63,747 nucleotides of DNA, filler included, from Chiloscyllium plagiosum (GCF_004010195.1; 4 parts of one record of this genome joined end to end with filler, not necessarily neighbours in it), one strand, 5' to 3'; positions 12,776 to 24,792 are shown, counted from the first letter of the whole stretch. Numbers and translations are program-made. Notes: generated by a model not told the origin, from the letters alone.

Positions 12776-15058
12776 GTAGTGAACAGCAGTGACCACATCT
12801 GCAGCAAGTGTTGGTTGCTGGAAGAACTCCGGATCAGAATTGATGATCTGGAGTCTGAGCTTCAAACACTGCGGTACATCCGGGAGGGGGAGAGTTGCCT
12901 GGAATCTTTGTTTCAGGAGGCAGTCACACCCAGCAGATTAAGTAATTCAAATTCAGTTAATGATCACGAACAACAGGGTGTGAGTGTAAGTGAGACAGGT
13001 AGGGGGATTCTGAGTTCAGGAGTGGAGGAGCCTCTGCCCTTGACCTTGCCCAACAGGTATGAGATTTTTGGTGCCTGTATGGATGAGGAAGAGGGCTGTG
13101 GGGAGGATGAGCCAGCTGACCATGGCACCATGGTGCAGAAGGCCATTCAAGAGGGGGAGCAAATAGACAAGTAGTTGTTATAGGGGATTCTATAATTTGG
13201 GGGACAGATAGTATTCTTTGTGAGCCAGATCGGGAGTCCCACTTGGTGTGTTGTCTGCCGGGTGCCAGGCGCAGGACATTTCCGATTGGCTTGAAAGGAT
13301 ATTGGAGCGGGAGGGGAGGATCCAGTTGTTGTGGTCCATGTTGACACTAAGAACATAGGCAAAGCTAGGGTGGAGGACCTGTTTGGGGAGTATCAAGCAC
13401 TAGGAAGGAAATTGAAGAACAGGTCCTCGAGGGTCATATCTCTGGATTACTGCCCAAGCCATGTGCTAATTTGCATAGGGATAAGAAAATTAGAAAAATA
13501 ATCGTGTGGCTAAGAGATTGGTGTGAGAAAGATGGATTCCATTTCATGGGACATTGGCATCATGTTTTGAAACCAGAGGGATCTGTATCAATGGGACGGT
13601 CTCCACCTGAACTGATCTGGAACCAGTGTTCTGGTGAAAAGGATAAATAGGATGGTCACTAGGACTTTAAACTTCTGAGTCAAGGGGAAGGGAAAGGGAA
13701 AGCAACAGGGAGTATGGAGTCAGGTAGAAAGATAAGCAGCAGGTTAGCATGTGTGCAGGGTTTAACTTTTGAGGCAGACTAGGAATGAAGCAAAAAGGAA
13801 GGATAATTTAGGTAGAGGTGATGGAAATCATGAGGATAAGAAAATTAGCATTAAGGTGCTTTACCTCAATGCTTGAAGCATTCGTATCAAAGTAGATGAA
13901 TTAACAGCACAAATCATTGTGAACCATTCTGATGTGGTAGGCATCACAGAGACGTGGTTGCAAGGGGTTCAGGACTGGCAGTTAAACATCCAAGGATTTA
14001 CAACTTATCAAAAAGACAGGGAGGTGGGCAGAGAGGGCTGAGCTGCCTTGTTAGTTAAGAATGAAATTAAGTCCATGGCACTAATGACATAGGGCCAGAT
14101 GACGTGGAGTCTGTGTGGGTGGAGTTAAGGAACCACAAAGGCAAAAAAAACCCACAATGGGAGTTATGCACAGACCTCCTAACAGTGGTCAGGACCAGGG
14201 GCACAAAATGTACCAGGAAATAGATAGGGCATGGCAGAAAGGCAAGGCCACGGTGATCAGGGAGACTTCAATATGCAAATAAAGAAAATCAGGAAATGTA
14301 TCAAAGAAAAAGAGAGAGCCTATAAAGTGGCCAAGAGCACTGGGAAATCAGAAGATTGGGAAGACTATAAAAACAAAGGACAACAAAGAGAGTAATTAGG
14401 AAAGAGAGGATCAAATATGAAGGTAAGCTTTGCCAGTAATATTAGAAATGATAGTAAAAGTTTCCTTCAGTACATAAGAAACAAATGAGAGGCAAAAGTA
14501 GAGATTGGGCTGCTCCAAGTTGATGCAGGAGGGCTAGTGATGGGAGATAAGGAAATAGCTGAAGAACTTAATAAATACTTTGTGTCAGTCTTCACAGTGG
14601 AAGAAAAGAGTAATATCCCAACAATTAAGGAGAGTCAAGAGGCAGAGTTGAGTATGGTGGCCATTACAAAGGAGAAAGTACTTGAAAAGCTAATAGGTCT
14701 AAAAATTGATACATCTCCTGGCCCCAATGGGCTACATCCTCGAGTTCTGAGGGAAGTGGCTGAAGAAATAGCAGAGACATTGGTTGTAAAAATCACTGAA
14801 GTCAGGGAACGTCCCGGACGATTGGAAAATCACTGTTGTAACCCCCTTGGTCAAGAAAGGATCAAGTCAGAAGATGGAAAATTATAGGCCAATTAGCCTA
14901 ACTTCGGTTGTAGGTAAAATTCTAGAATCCATCGTTAAGGATGAGACTTCTAAATTCTTGGAAGCGCAGGGTCAAATTAGAACAAGTCAGCATGGACTTA
15001 GTAAGGGGAGGTAGTGCCTGACAAACCTGTTAGAATTCTTTGAAGAGGTAACAAGTAT
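12776..15058 (+). mobile_element. CR1 LINE with decayed ORF1 (Cys/leucine-zipper plus SGNH esterase), ORF2 endonuclease and RT start; internal deletion near 14280
   Basis: HICSKCWLLEELRIRIDDLESELQTL; GDS (~13185) and DGLHL (~13595); YLNA..DVVGITETW..RPPN..GDFN; SPGPNGLHPRVLREVA; CLTNLLEFFEEVT. Confidence 0.92.
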
Positions 15059-15362
15059 GTGAGAAGATTTGTAGCTCAGGTGCTCGTTGTTGTGATTCTG
15101 TTCGCCGAGCTGGGAATTTGTGTTGCAGACGTTTCATCCCCTGTCTAGGTGACATCCTCAGTGTTTGGGAGCCTCCTGTGAAGCGCTTCTGTGATGTTTC
15201 CTCCGGCATTTATAGTGATTTGTCTCTGCAGCTTCCGGTTGTCAGTTCCAGCTGTCCGCTGCAGTGATCGGTGTATTGGGTCCAGGTCGATGTGCTTATT
15301 GATTGAATCTGTGGATGATGAGTGCAATGCCTCTAGGAATTCCCTGGCTGTTCTCTGTTTGG
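15059..15362 (-). mobile_element. Penelope-like element 3' fragment (second PLE family): GIY-YIG C-terminus plus terminal repeat
   Basis: Minus frame AREFLEALHSSSTDSINKHIDLDPIH followed by a hammerhead-like motif. Confidence 0.8.
15124..15166 (-). ncRNA. Minimal type I hammerhead ribozyme motif
   Basis: Minus strand aca-CTGAGGA-tgtcacct agac aggggat-GAAAC-GTC-tgc. Confidence 0.65.
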
Positions 15363-15900
15363 CAAGTTATGAGGAGAATGCAAAGAGGCTTCAAGAAGAC
15401 TTGGCCCAGCTAAGTGAATGAGCTCAACAGTGGCAGATGGAATATGAGGTAAATAAGTGTGAAGTTATTCACTTTAGTAGAAAAAATGGAAAGGCTGCAT
15501 CTTTCTTAAATAGACGTTGGAAGTGTAGATGTCCAATGGATCTAACTTGTCCATTAGTCACTAAAGGAGTCACATCATGGAGGTGCAGAAAGCAATAAGA
15601 AAGGCATATTAATTTTCATTTCAAGGGTATTTGAGTACAAGATTAAAGATATCTTGCTGCATTCATATGCAGTCTTTGTTAGATCTCACCTGAAATATTG
15701 TGTACAGTTTTGGTCTTCATACCTAAGGAAGAATATACTTGTCATTGAGGGAGTGCAGCATCTGCGATAAGGGATTATTTAATGAGGACACTGGTGTCTG
15801 CATTCTCTAGGGATCTAAAGAATAATAATTTTATAGAAATATGCAGAGCATGACAGGGTGGATATAAATAAGATGTTTTCCTCTATGACTCTTGAACAAA
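15363..15900 (+). mobile_element. Old degenerate CR1 RT C-terminal fragment
   Basis: RLQEDLAQLSE*AQQWQMEY..KCEVIHF; SHLKYCVQFWS. Confidence 0.8.
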
Positions 15901-15960
15901 GGGACAAAGATTGTAATGGGCTTGAACATGGCAGATGGAATATGATATACATAAATGTGA

Positions 15961-16603
15961 AGAAGGTGTTTGGTATGCTTTCCTTTATTGGTCAGAGTAT
16001 TGAGTACAGGAGTTGAGAGGTCATGTTATGGCTGTACAGGACATTGGTTAGACCACTATTGGAATATTGCGTGCAATTCTGGTCTCTTTCCTATTGGAAA
16101 GATGTGGTGAAACTTGAAAAGGTTCAGAAAAGATTTACAAGGATGTTGCCAGGGTTGGAGGATTTGAGATATAGGGAGAGGTTGAATAGGCTAGGGCTGT
16201 TTTCCCTGGAGCGTTGGAGGCTCAGGGGTGATCTTATAGAGGTTTGTAAAATCATGAGGGGCCTGGATAGGAAAAATAGCCAAATTCTTTTACCTGGGGT
16301 CGGGGAACTAGAGGGCAGAGGTTTAGTGAGAGAGGAAAGATATAAAAGAGACCTAAGGGGCAACTTTTTCACACAGAGGGTGGTACGTGTATGGGATGGG
16401 CTGCCAGAGGAATTGGTGGAGGCTGGTACAATTGCAACATTTAAGAGGCATTTGGATGGGTATATGAATAGGAAGGGTTTGGAGGGATATGGACCGGGTG
16501 CTGGCAGGTGGGACTAGATTGGGTTGGGATATCTGGTCAGCATGGACAAGTTGGACTGAAGGGTCTGTTTCTGTGCTGTACATCTCTATGACTCTATGAC
16601 TCT
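15961..16603 (+). mobile_element. Young 5'-truncated CR1 with open ORF2 C-terminus (16023-16517) and (CTCTATGA)n tail
   Basis: LYRTLVRPLLEYCVQFW..LRGDLIEV..FFTQRVVRVWDGLP; tail ctctatgactctatgactct. Confidence 0.95.
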
Positions 16604-16913
16604 CTGTAATCTGATTCACTTTGTGCAAAAATGGAAAAGCAGCATATTTCATAAACAGGTTGCGTAATGTGGATGTCTTAACTCAGAGAGTGGGGAATCT
16701 TTGGAATTCTTTACGCCAAAAGGCTGTGGAAGCTCGGCCATTGAGAATGTTCAAGACAGAAATTGAGAAGACTAGCTTTCAGGGATATGGGGATACAGTG
16801 TATGGGGAAGTGACATTGAGAAAATGATCAGTCATGGTGTAGCATGGCATGATGGGCACAATGGACTGAATGACTTGCTCCTTGTTCAATGGTCCAATGT
16901 CAATGGCATGTGA

Positions 16914-17064
16914 GCTGAAAAATGCGTTGCTGGAAAAGCGCAGCAGGTCAGGCAGCATCCAAGGAGCAGGAGAATTGACGTTTCGGGCATAAGCCCTTCT
17001 TCAGGAATGCCAGCTACGCATTTTTCAGCTCTGATCTCCAGCATCTGCAGTCCTCACCTTCTCC
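16914..17064 (+). mobile_element. Penelope-derived short insertion: inverted arm, truncated sense arm and tail; 13-bp TSD
   Basis: TSD caatggcatgtga at 16901-16913 and 17065-17077; hammerhead motif on the minus strand at ~16975-17008. Confidence 0.88.
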
Positions 17065-17369
17065 CAATGGCATGTGAACCTTGGTTAAACAGCGTTTTTA
17101 TGAGGTGACAGGAAACTATTCTTTTCCGATTTTTTTCATTATTTTTTCAATATTTTTCATTGTCTGGATGTTTATCAAAAGGCTACAAGTGTGATAAGCT
17201 TTAGTTATTAAAACCATGAATGGCAATATGTGACTGGGCCTCGTAAAGGGTAGCAGATTTTTCTTAAAAAGCAGACACCTGAATGGGTGGTTTTTTTTGT
17301 GTACATTTGAGGTCTTGCCATTTTTTATGATATTGCTCAACATTTCTGTACATTGTGCATTCTGGGTCA

Positions 17370-17698
17370 GTAGGCATGAAGAGAGCATAGGGGCATGAAG
17401 AGGGCATATGAAGTGGGTACCTGGTGAGGGGGTGTGAAGGGTGAGAGGTAAAGTGCCTACTCCTTTAACTCAACTAGGACAAAGTTCCAGTGGCCTGAGG
17501 GGTGCTGTCTAAGCAGCACACTTGGCAAACTGCCATCTTCATTGCCATGTTTGCAGCATCGACATTCTGCCTCATGCTGATCCCCCTTCCCTGGACTGAT
17601 AATAGTGCACACTGTGACTGTGTACAGGCAGACAGATTTGCCAAGTCGGGAAATATCCTGATTCAAGCTTGCTGCCTTATTAATGAAAATCCAACCCT
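17370..17698. mobile_element. Possible non-autonomous DNA transposon remnant (Harbinger-like end)
   Basis: gggcatgaagag sub-repeats and terminal gaaaatccaaccc resembling a GGGxxGGATTTT TIR; partner TIR not found. Confidence 0.3.
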
Positions 17699-17919
17699 AT
17701 AGAGTAAGGTTATGTATCCTCCAGGAAATAACAGCTCATCTCTTGGACACTGTGGCAAATCACCAAGAGAAAGATCAAACAAGCATGAAAAAAAGATTTT
17801 TGAAACTATTTTAAAAATATTGGAGATAGAAAGTAGCAAACGGATTTACTTCAATCGAGTGACGGAGTGTTTTTGTTTTTAGTTGACTTCAGAAGTGGGA
17901 GGCATTGTGAGGGGGGGAG

Positions 17920-18350
17920 GGTGTGTGTGTGTGCATGTGTGTGTGTGTGTTTGTGAGTGTGTGTGTGTGAGAGAGAGTGTGTGTGTGACAGAGAGAGTGC
18001 GTGTGTATATGTGTGTGTGTGTGTTTGCGTGTGAGAGAGTGTATGTNNNNNNNNNNNNNNNNNNNNNNNNNNNNNNNNNNNNNNNNNNNNNNNNNNNNNN
18101 NNNNNNNNNNNNNNNNNNNNNNNNNNNNNNNNNNNNNNNNNNNNNNNNNNNNNNNNNNNNNNNNNNNNNNNNNNNNNNNNNNNNNNNNNNNNNNNNNNNN
18201 NNNNNNNNNNNNNNNNNNNNNTGTGTCGGTGTGTGTATGTGTGTATGTGTGTGTGAGTGTGTATGTGTGTGTGTATATGTGTGTAAAAGTGTGTGTGTGT
18301 ATGTATGTGTGTATGCGTGTCTATGTATGAGAGAGTGTATGTGTGTGTGG
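17920..18350. repeat. (GT)n microsatellite with internal N gap 18047-18221
   Basis: Direct inspection. Confidence 0.95.
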
Positions 18351-18477
18351 ACATGCAATAACAGCTTGTGGAATTAGTCCAAATTTGATTACCTCATAGT
18401 AAAGAGCCTTGGTGACAATTGAATCGTCTGAAATCTGGGATAATAATTCAAAAGAAATTGACATAGTAGCAGTACAG

Positions 18478-18703
18478 GGAGAAAGTGAGGACTGCAGATG
18501 CTGGAGATTAGAGTCGAGAGTGTGGTGCTGGAAAAGCACAGCGGGCTAGGCAGCATCCGAGGAGCAGGAGAATCGACATTTTAGGTATAAGCCCAGGAAT
18601 CAGACATGATTCCTGATGAAGGGCTTATGCCCGAAACATTAATTCTCTTGCTCCTCGAATGCTGCCCGACCTGCTGTGCTTTTCCAGCACCACAAGCTCG
18701 GCC
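18478..18703 (-). mobile_element. Penelope-derived hairpin insertion, 16-bp TSD
   Basis: TSD catagtagcagtacag 18462-18477 / cataatagcagtacag 18704-18719; inverted arms gtggtgctggaaaagcacagc / gctgtgcttttccagcaccac. Confidence 0.88.
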
Positions 18704-19689
18704 CATAATAGCAGTACAGTGTTATAGTTCTGCTGTCAATCTGAAGCCATTCCACCTTCATTGAGGTTTACATAGTTCTTTTTCTTGAGTGTCTTAGCTT
18801 TGCTTCTGTCAACAGTACTCTACTTGTTGGGCAGGTAAGCATGGAATAAGATGCCTCACTGCTTATGGAAAGGAGGTCTAATTGCTGGAATAGCCCAATG
18901 GAAAAAAGATGTCAGCTTCCAAATGAAAGTCAGCACCATGAGTCCATGAACAAAACGCTTATTCCAGACTGAATCTGCCAAGTGGCCAGTGAGAGAAGAC
19001 AGTCAGCTCCATTTCTTGAAAGGAAGTTAATGCCAAGTCTGCGTGTGAAAGAGGCAGCAGTGTAGGCTTCTCTTTTTGCAGTCTATATCAACTGGCAACC
19101 AGCCCTTTGTCTCCCAGTGTTGTGTCATCAATTAGAAGTTATTTCCATTGGGTTGTCCTTAAAAACCAATAAAAATGTAAATATTCATATTCTGTCTATT
19201 TTTCTGATAAGCCTCTTGGTTAGTTGAATGATATATCTTCTGAAAGTAATGTTGTTTATTAGATGTACATATTCTTTCACTCTTTAACTCTTTGAGTACT
19301 CGATTCCTTTCCAGCAGATGACAAGGTTCCCTTTACATCCGAGACAGTAGGTCAAATATTTACAGCACATTTGAACAATTGAGCCATGTCGGCCGTCCAC
19401 AAGAACAGGCCAGCGAGCCTGTCAGCTGCTCTTTATCCATAACCCCGTCACAACTTTGCTTCTCACGCTTGGGAAACTCCTTTTCCAAAGTTCTTGTTTA
19501 ATCTGCCCCCACTGCATTCTCAGACAGTTTGTTTCAGATCCTCACCACTCACTGCATCAAAGAAGTCTTCTTCATGTCACCTTTGCTTCTTTTGCCAAAC
19601 ACCTGAAAGTAGTCTCCTCTCAATCCTAACCCTTTTGTCAGTGGGAACAGTTTCTCGCCAACTACTCCTTTGTGATTTTGAGTATATTT

Positions 19690-19810
19690 AGCAAATGACT
19701 GTGGATGCTGGAAATCAGAAACAAAAAAAGAAACTGCTGGAGAAACTCAACAGGTCTGGCAGCATCTATGGAGAGAAAGCAGAGTTAACGCGATGGACTC
19801 AAAATGTTTC
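19690..19810 (-). mobile_element. Older Penelope terminal-repeat fragment
   Basis: gatgctggaaatcagaaacaaaa..gctggagaaactcaacaggtctggcagcatct; related copies at ~26210 and ~51900. Confidence 0.6.
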
Positions 19811-19949
19811 TTCTTTAAAACTTCTCTTTTGGAAGCAGGACAATTCCAACTTCTTCAAGTTATTCATTCAGGTTCCTCATCCCTACAACCATTCTTGTGA
19901 ACCTTTTCTGACTCCTTCTCTAAAGCCTTCACACTCTTCCTAATGTATG

Positions 19950-20085
19950 GTAGGTAAAAACAATGACTGCAGATGCTGGAAACCAGATTCTAGATTAGAG
20001 TGGTACTGGAAAAGCACAGCAGGTCAGGCAGCATCTGAGGAGCAAGCAAATCGACGTTTCGGGCAAAAGCCCTTCATCAGGAATA
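19950..20085 (-). mobile_element. Penelope-derived short unit (hammerhead plus tail)
   Basis: Minus strand attc-CTGATGA-agggcttttgccc-GAAAC-GTC-gatt followed by tail ..ccagcatctgcagtcattgtttttacc. Confidence 0.88.
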
Positions 20086-20186
20086 CAGGCCTAGCCAGAA
20101 TAAAGCACAATATTCCGTTTGGAACCAATGGCTTTTACAGACTCACCAAGACATCCTTGCTTTTGTATTTTATTGCTTTTGTATTT

Positions 20187-20309
20187 GATTCCTGAAGAAG
20201 GGCTCATGCCCGAAACGTCGATTCTCCTGCTCCTTGGATGCTGCCTGACCTGCTGCGCTTTTCCAGCAACACATTTTCAGCCCTGATCTCTGCAGTCCTC
20301 ACTTTCTCC
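20187..20309 (+). mobile_element. Penelope-derived short unit (hammerhead plus tail)
   Basis: gattcctgaagaagggctcatgcccgaaacgtcgattc..ctgcagtcctcactttctcc. Confidence 0.88.
20188..20223 (+). ncRNA. Minimal type I hammerhead ribozyme motif
   Basis: CUGAAGA 20192-20198, stem II GGGC/GCCC, GAAA 20212-20215, palindromic ACGU, GUC cleavage triplet 20217-20219. Confidence 0.75.
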
Positions 20310-20994
20310 ATTGTATTTTATGTTTGTATTCAAAAGGCCCAAGGTTGCATATGTATTTTAAAACATTTACTTTACCTTTACTGGCATATTAAATGACTTG
20401 AAGCTGAGCTACATTGGCTTCAGAACATCAATGTATTTAATCATTTGCATTTAACATTTACATTTTAAGTGCAACTTATTGCACAAAACGTCAGCCTTCT
20501 CTGTTATACCTGGATGTCTCATACTGACATGTCACCAATCATCTTGCATCTCAAGTGGCTAAGGATAATTTACCTTAATATGAACTATAAATGAATTTCG
20601 ACAGAGATCTAACTTGATCAAAATGTATCTAAAACTATTCTAATGTGTTAAAATAAGCATTAATCTGCACGCATAGCCTACATACACCGATCTCTGTTAA
20701 AAGTTCTTTCAGAGGACGACAGTAATGAGTTCAGGAATATAGTTGACCTATAGCTGCAGGATTATGGCCTTTCCCTGGATATTATTGATAAGACATGGGA
20801 CGATTCTTATTGTTCACAATCCTCTTTACTTTCAAAAGTGGCAGCAAATATATCTGCAGGTATATAATCATCTGACATTCAAGGTTACACAAATCACTAA
20901 GAGCACCGATTTACTAACGTGTTAGCTAATGTCTATCTTAGTGCATTGATTTCATTTCTAATTGATGTATTGAGGGCGGCTTGAACTGCTTTCA

Positions 20995-21098
20995 TGTCAT
21001 AGAGTCATAGAGCTGTACAGCACGGAAACAGACCCTTTGGTCCAACTCGTCCATGTGACCAGATATCCTAAATTAATCTAGTCCCATTTGCCAGCATT
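20995..21098 (-). mobile_element. CR1 3' UTR/tail fragment
   Basis: tcatagagtcatagagctgtacagcacggaaacagaccc; similar stubs at ~34410 and ~51650. Confidence 0.85.
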
Positions 21099-22324
21099 TC
21101 ATGCTAACGAGTGAGGCTACAGATCCCATCAACACGAGCTTCATTTAGCAAATGTGTCCAAAGAGTCTATAGATTTCAGTCAATAAGCCTCTTTCAATAT
21201 GAAAATCAGCATCCTATGGAACTTCAAGGCTTCAAGGAACCCCAATTGCCATTGATACAATACAAGGAGGTTGACAAATGTAAGTGTCGATAAATAACCT
21301 GCCTGCCCTGGTTCCCCATCCCTGCTCCATTACGAACAGACTTTGTTATCCAGTCACTATGGGCCAATTTTAAGATGTCAATTCAATGAGTGGTTTGTTG
21401 AACACTCTGTAGTAAACAAAGCAAATTTAAATGAAACTGGGCCCTAAAAGGAAATTCTTTTTCACTAGAATGAGGGACTAGCCAAAATTCAAAGTGAATA
21501 CCGCTGTAACTATTCAGTATTGACTGTCCTCAGCCCTTATCTATGACCCATAGTCAAGATATGAGTTTTGCTGGGTACCATGGAATCTTGTCGCTATAAT
21601 CTTAGTTGTTCAAAGATTATCAGGCACAAACTGTTATTTAGTTGAGCTGAACTTTTTTTAGACAACAGTTCACTTTGACTCATAGTGCTCTGCACTTTGC
21701 AAAGCACACACAGGAAGACATGAAAAGAACAAATTCATTCTGTCCAATTTTAGCTAACTGATGATGGGAGGTTGCTATAGTAATCCAGCTGAGGAAACAC
21801 AGAGAGCAACACCAGGCCCCCTAAACAAAATGTTTGCAATGTAAATGGATGTAACAATGTAATTTTGCAAATAATGTTGACTTCTAGCTTTCAAATGCAT
21901 TGTTAACACCTATTTCTTACATATCTTTCAATTTTATTTTTTATATGCATTTTTATGACATTGATTGGGATCAATCTGAACGTACAAAGATTCTGCCTTT
22001 GTTGATGAAGCAATTTTGACAGATACCCATCATCCTCTGGGTGAAAATTCTTTTCCTCAAATACCCTCTAAACCTCCTCCATTCATCTTAAAATAATGGC
22101 CCCTTTTTAATGACCCTTCCAACTAGGTGAACAGCTGCTTTCTATCCACATTCTCCATGCCCTTCATATTCTTATACACTTTTTTCTGTACTCCCCTCAG
22201 CCTATCCTGCTCCAAATAAAACAATCCAAGCTTAGCCAGTCTCTCTTCATTGCCTAGTTGTTCCATCCCTAGCGACATCCTGATTTATCTCCTCTGCATT
22301 CCCTCCAGTGCAATCATACCCTTC

Positions 22325-22538
22325 TAGGTAAAAACAATGACTGCAGATGCTGGAAACCAAAGTCTAGATTAGAGTGGTGCTGGAAAAACACAGCAGTTCA
22401 GGCAGCATCCGAGGAGCAGTAAAATCGACGTTTTGGGCAAAAGCCCTTCATGTAGGGCTTTTGCCTGAAACGTCGATTTTACTGCTCCTCAGATGCTGCC
22501 TGAACTGCTGTGTTTTTCCAGCACCATTCTAATCTCGA
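22325..22538 (-). mobile_element. Penelope-derived hairpin insertion, 14-bp TSD
   Basis: TSD caatcatacccttc 22311-22324 / caatcatatccttc 22539-22552; ~85-bp inverted arms centred near 22451. Confidence 0.9.
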
Positions 22539-22799
22539 CAATCATATCCTTCCCATTGTGTTGTGACCAGGACTTCATGCAGTACTCCAGCTATAGCCTA
22601 ACCACATTCCAAAAAAAGCATTCTGCTCTTGTAGACGTTTCACATGTATTCTAATCCTCTCAATTAACAGGAACAAGCACTCTCTGAGCTTCCTAATGTC
22701 CTGCCAGTCATTGAGTACTCCCTTGTCTTGTTACATCTTCTAAAGTACATTACCTCATACTTTTCAGGTTAAGTTTCGTCTGCCCATCTGACCAATCCA

Positions 22800-23246
22800 T
22801 TTGATTTGATTTATTGTAGTCACATGTACCTAAGTACAGTGAAAAGTTTTATTTTGTGAGCAGTGCAGACAGATCACAGCAGACAAGGACAGAGCGAGAT
22901 ACACAAAGTACAGCTGCACAGATGGTACACAAAGCAAGATCAACATTAGCATAATCAACATTATTTGATGTTAGAGAGATCCATTTAGCAGTCTAATAAC
23001 AGCAGGGAAGGAGTTGTTCCTGAACCTGTTGGTGCATGTGTTGAGACTTCTGTATCTTCTGCCTGATGAAAGAGGTTGTAGGAGAGCAGTCCTGGGGTGG
23101 GAGGGGTCTTTAATGACATTGGCAGCCTTTCTGTGGCAACAAGAAGTGTAATTGGAGTCCATGGATGGGAGGTTGGTGTCTGTGATGATCTGGGCTGTAC
23201 ATGTAACCTTCTGTAGTTTCTTACGGTCCTAGGCAGAGCAGTTGCC
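22800..23246 (-). mobile_element. Rex1/Babar-type LINE 3' fragment
   Basis: KAANVIKDPSHPRTALLQPLSSGRRYRSL..RFRNNSFPAVIRLLN and (CAAAT)n tail. Confidence 0.85.
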
Positions 23247-24792
23247 TATATCCTCCAGTAGGCTAAGAAGTTCTTCCTTCCCATCAACCACCTGGCAAAT
23301 CTTTGTGTCATTCACCAAACTCACTTCCCATCCCCCTACATTCTATTATGTCATTTATATATATCACAAACAATAAGGGACCCAACACTGATCCATGTGA
23401 TATGTCAATGTAGTTTGTGTTGTACATCAGCTTTTTTCTCCAATTTAGTTACAAATTAACTCACTTGTTTGTTAATTCAACAAAACCTGGTTTAAAGTGG
23501 CTCCTTTTAAAACATAGATTTATTTGGTCTGAGTGAAACGCATCCACAAGGTATTCCCTCACCCCCTCCCAAACCCAACCAAGACATCAGTGAACCAAAA
23601 GAGATTTTGTGTCAATTGATGATACTTCACATTCCAGATCAAATTTAAATTCCATCAGCTGCCTATTGGGGAATTTGTATATAACCATGTCTCAGAAATA
23701 TCAATAAGTCATAAAAGTTGGGAACTTTTAAAAAATTATTTTATGAGGAGTGAGTACCACTGGCTGAACCAGCTTAATATAACTCAAGTCTCCACGATGA
23801 GCTCAGATGTGTAGATTACTAGTTCAGTACCATTACCACAACACTATCACTACCTCCTGTCTAGTGTTGACAGCTTCATGAAATTTGGTTCAGGAATCAT
23901 CCTGGATTGAAAACAGTTGGTACATGAAATATAAAGCTAGAGAATGGTAAATAACATTGCTTTTCGTAGATGAGAAACGTTCTTTGCTATGCTTCCACTC
24001 ATTGACAGGTGAAAAATGAGCATTTCAAAGAATGTCTGTTGGAGCCTTAATAAAACTGAAGCCCTGAGACTGATTCATTTTTGTGAAGGGCTGGTGACAT
24101 TTTGAATGACCTGTCTTCCAGGATTGGCTACTTTCAAAGAAAACCGCAGCCTGAGTCTAAGAGCAGATGGTTTTCAGTCTCAGTGCAAGTTTACAATAAC
24201 CCAAAGAAGAGGTGAAGCAGGGCACTGGGAGAGTGTCTAGAGCTGTGTATGAACTATCACCTTTACTCTTTTGACCTCTCCCTCCTTTGCTCGTAGACTG
24301 ATAGAGTTTGTAGGAAGGAGCAGGTGCCAAATCTCTTTTCCCTTTGTCAGTGTAAACAGTAAATGATTATCTTTGTGAAAAGACTGGAGGGTTAAGAGCT
24401 TTCGTGGAGATTTTCTGATTGACATTGCCCTATAGGAAAATTTGGCAGAGATCTCTTCTGCAAGCTTTCAATCCACTTCATATCACACGTATTTACTTTG
24501 TTGTAGGTGGAGATTGCTTGTGTGAAAGCATTCACAGAAACAGATTTTATGTTAGTATTAGGAATCACATTAGTAATTTAGGATTAGGATCATTATCACT
24601 AGTATTTCACACTGGTGTGCAGGAATCATTTTGAAATCGCTACCAAGTGTGATAGGCATCTACATTATTTTAGTCATGCATAAAGAAGGTCATGAAAAGG
24701 TCATAGTAATATTAACTTAAGCATTTCAGCCATTTCTTTCAAACATGTGGCCCCCGTCAGCACCAACAACATCAAGTTAGTAAAACAAGATA

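Larger units (their letters stand above)
19350..20390 (-). mobile_element. Very degenerate CR1 3' region, interrupted by three PLE fragments
   Basis: ttcagatcctcaccactcactgc..aagaagtcttc, aaagccttcacactcttcctaatgtatgg, ccagaataaagcacaatattcc. Confidence 0.55.
22015..23405 (-). mobile_element. Degenerate CR1 fragment interrupted by a PLE hairpin and a Rex1-like LINE
   Basis: catcctctgggtgaaaa, cagtactccag, aaatctttgtgtcattcaccaaac, aagggacccaacactgatcc. Confidence 0.7.

Noticed and set aside
16023..16517. Open 164-aa ORF as a host gene
   Set aside because: C-terminus of CR1 ORF2 in a 5'-truncated copy
20712..20860. Exon-like frame (DYGLSLDIIDKTWDDSY..) ending at cag|gtatat
   Set aside because: In-frame stop upstream, weak splice signals, no recognised protein
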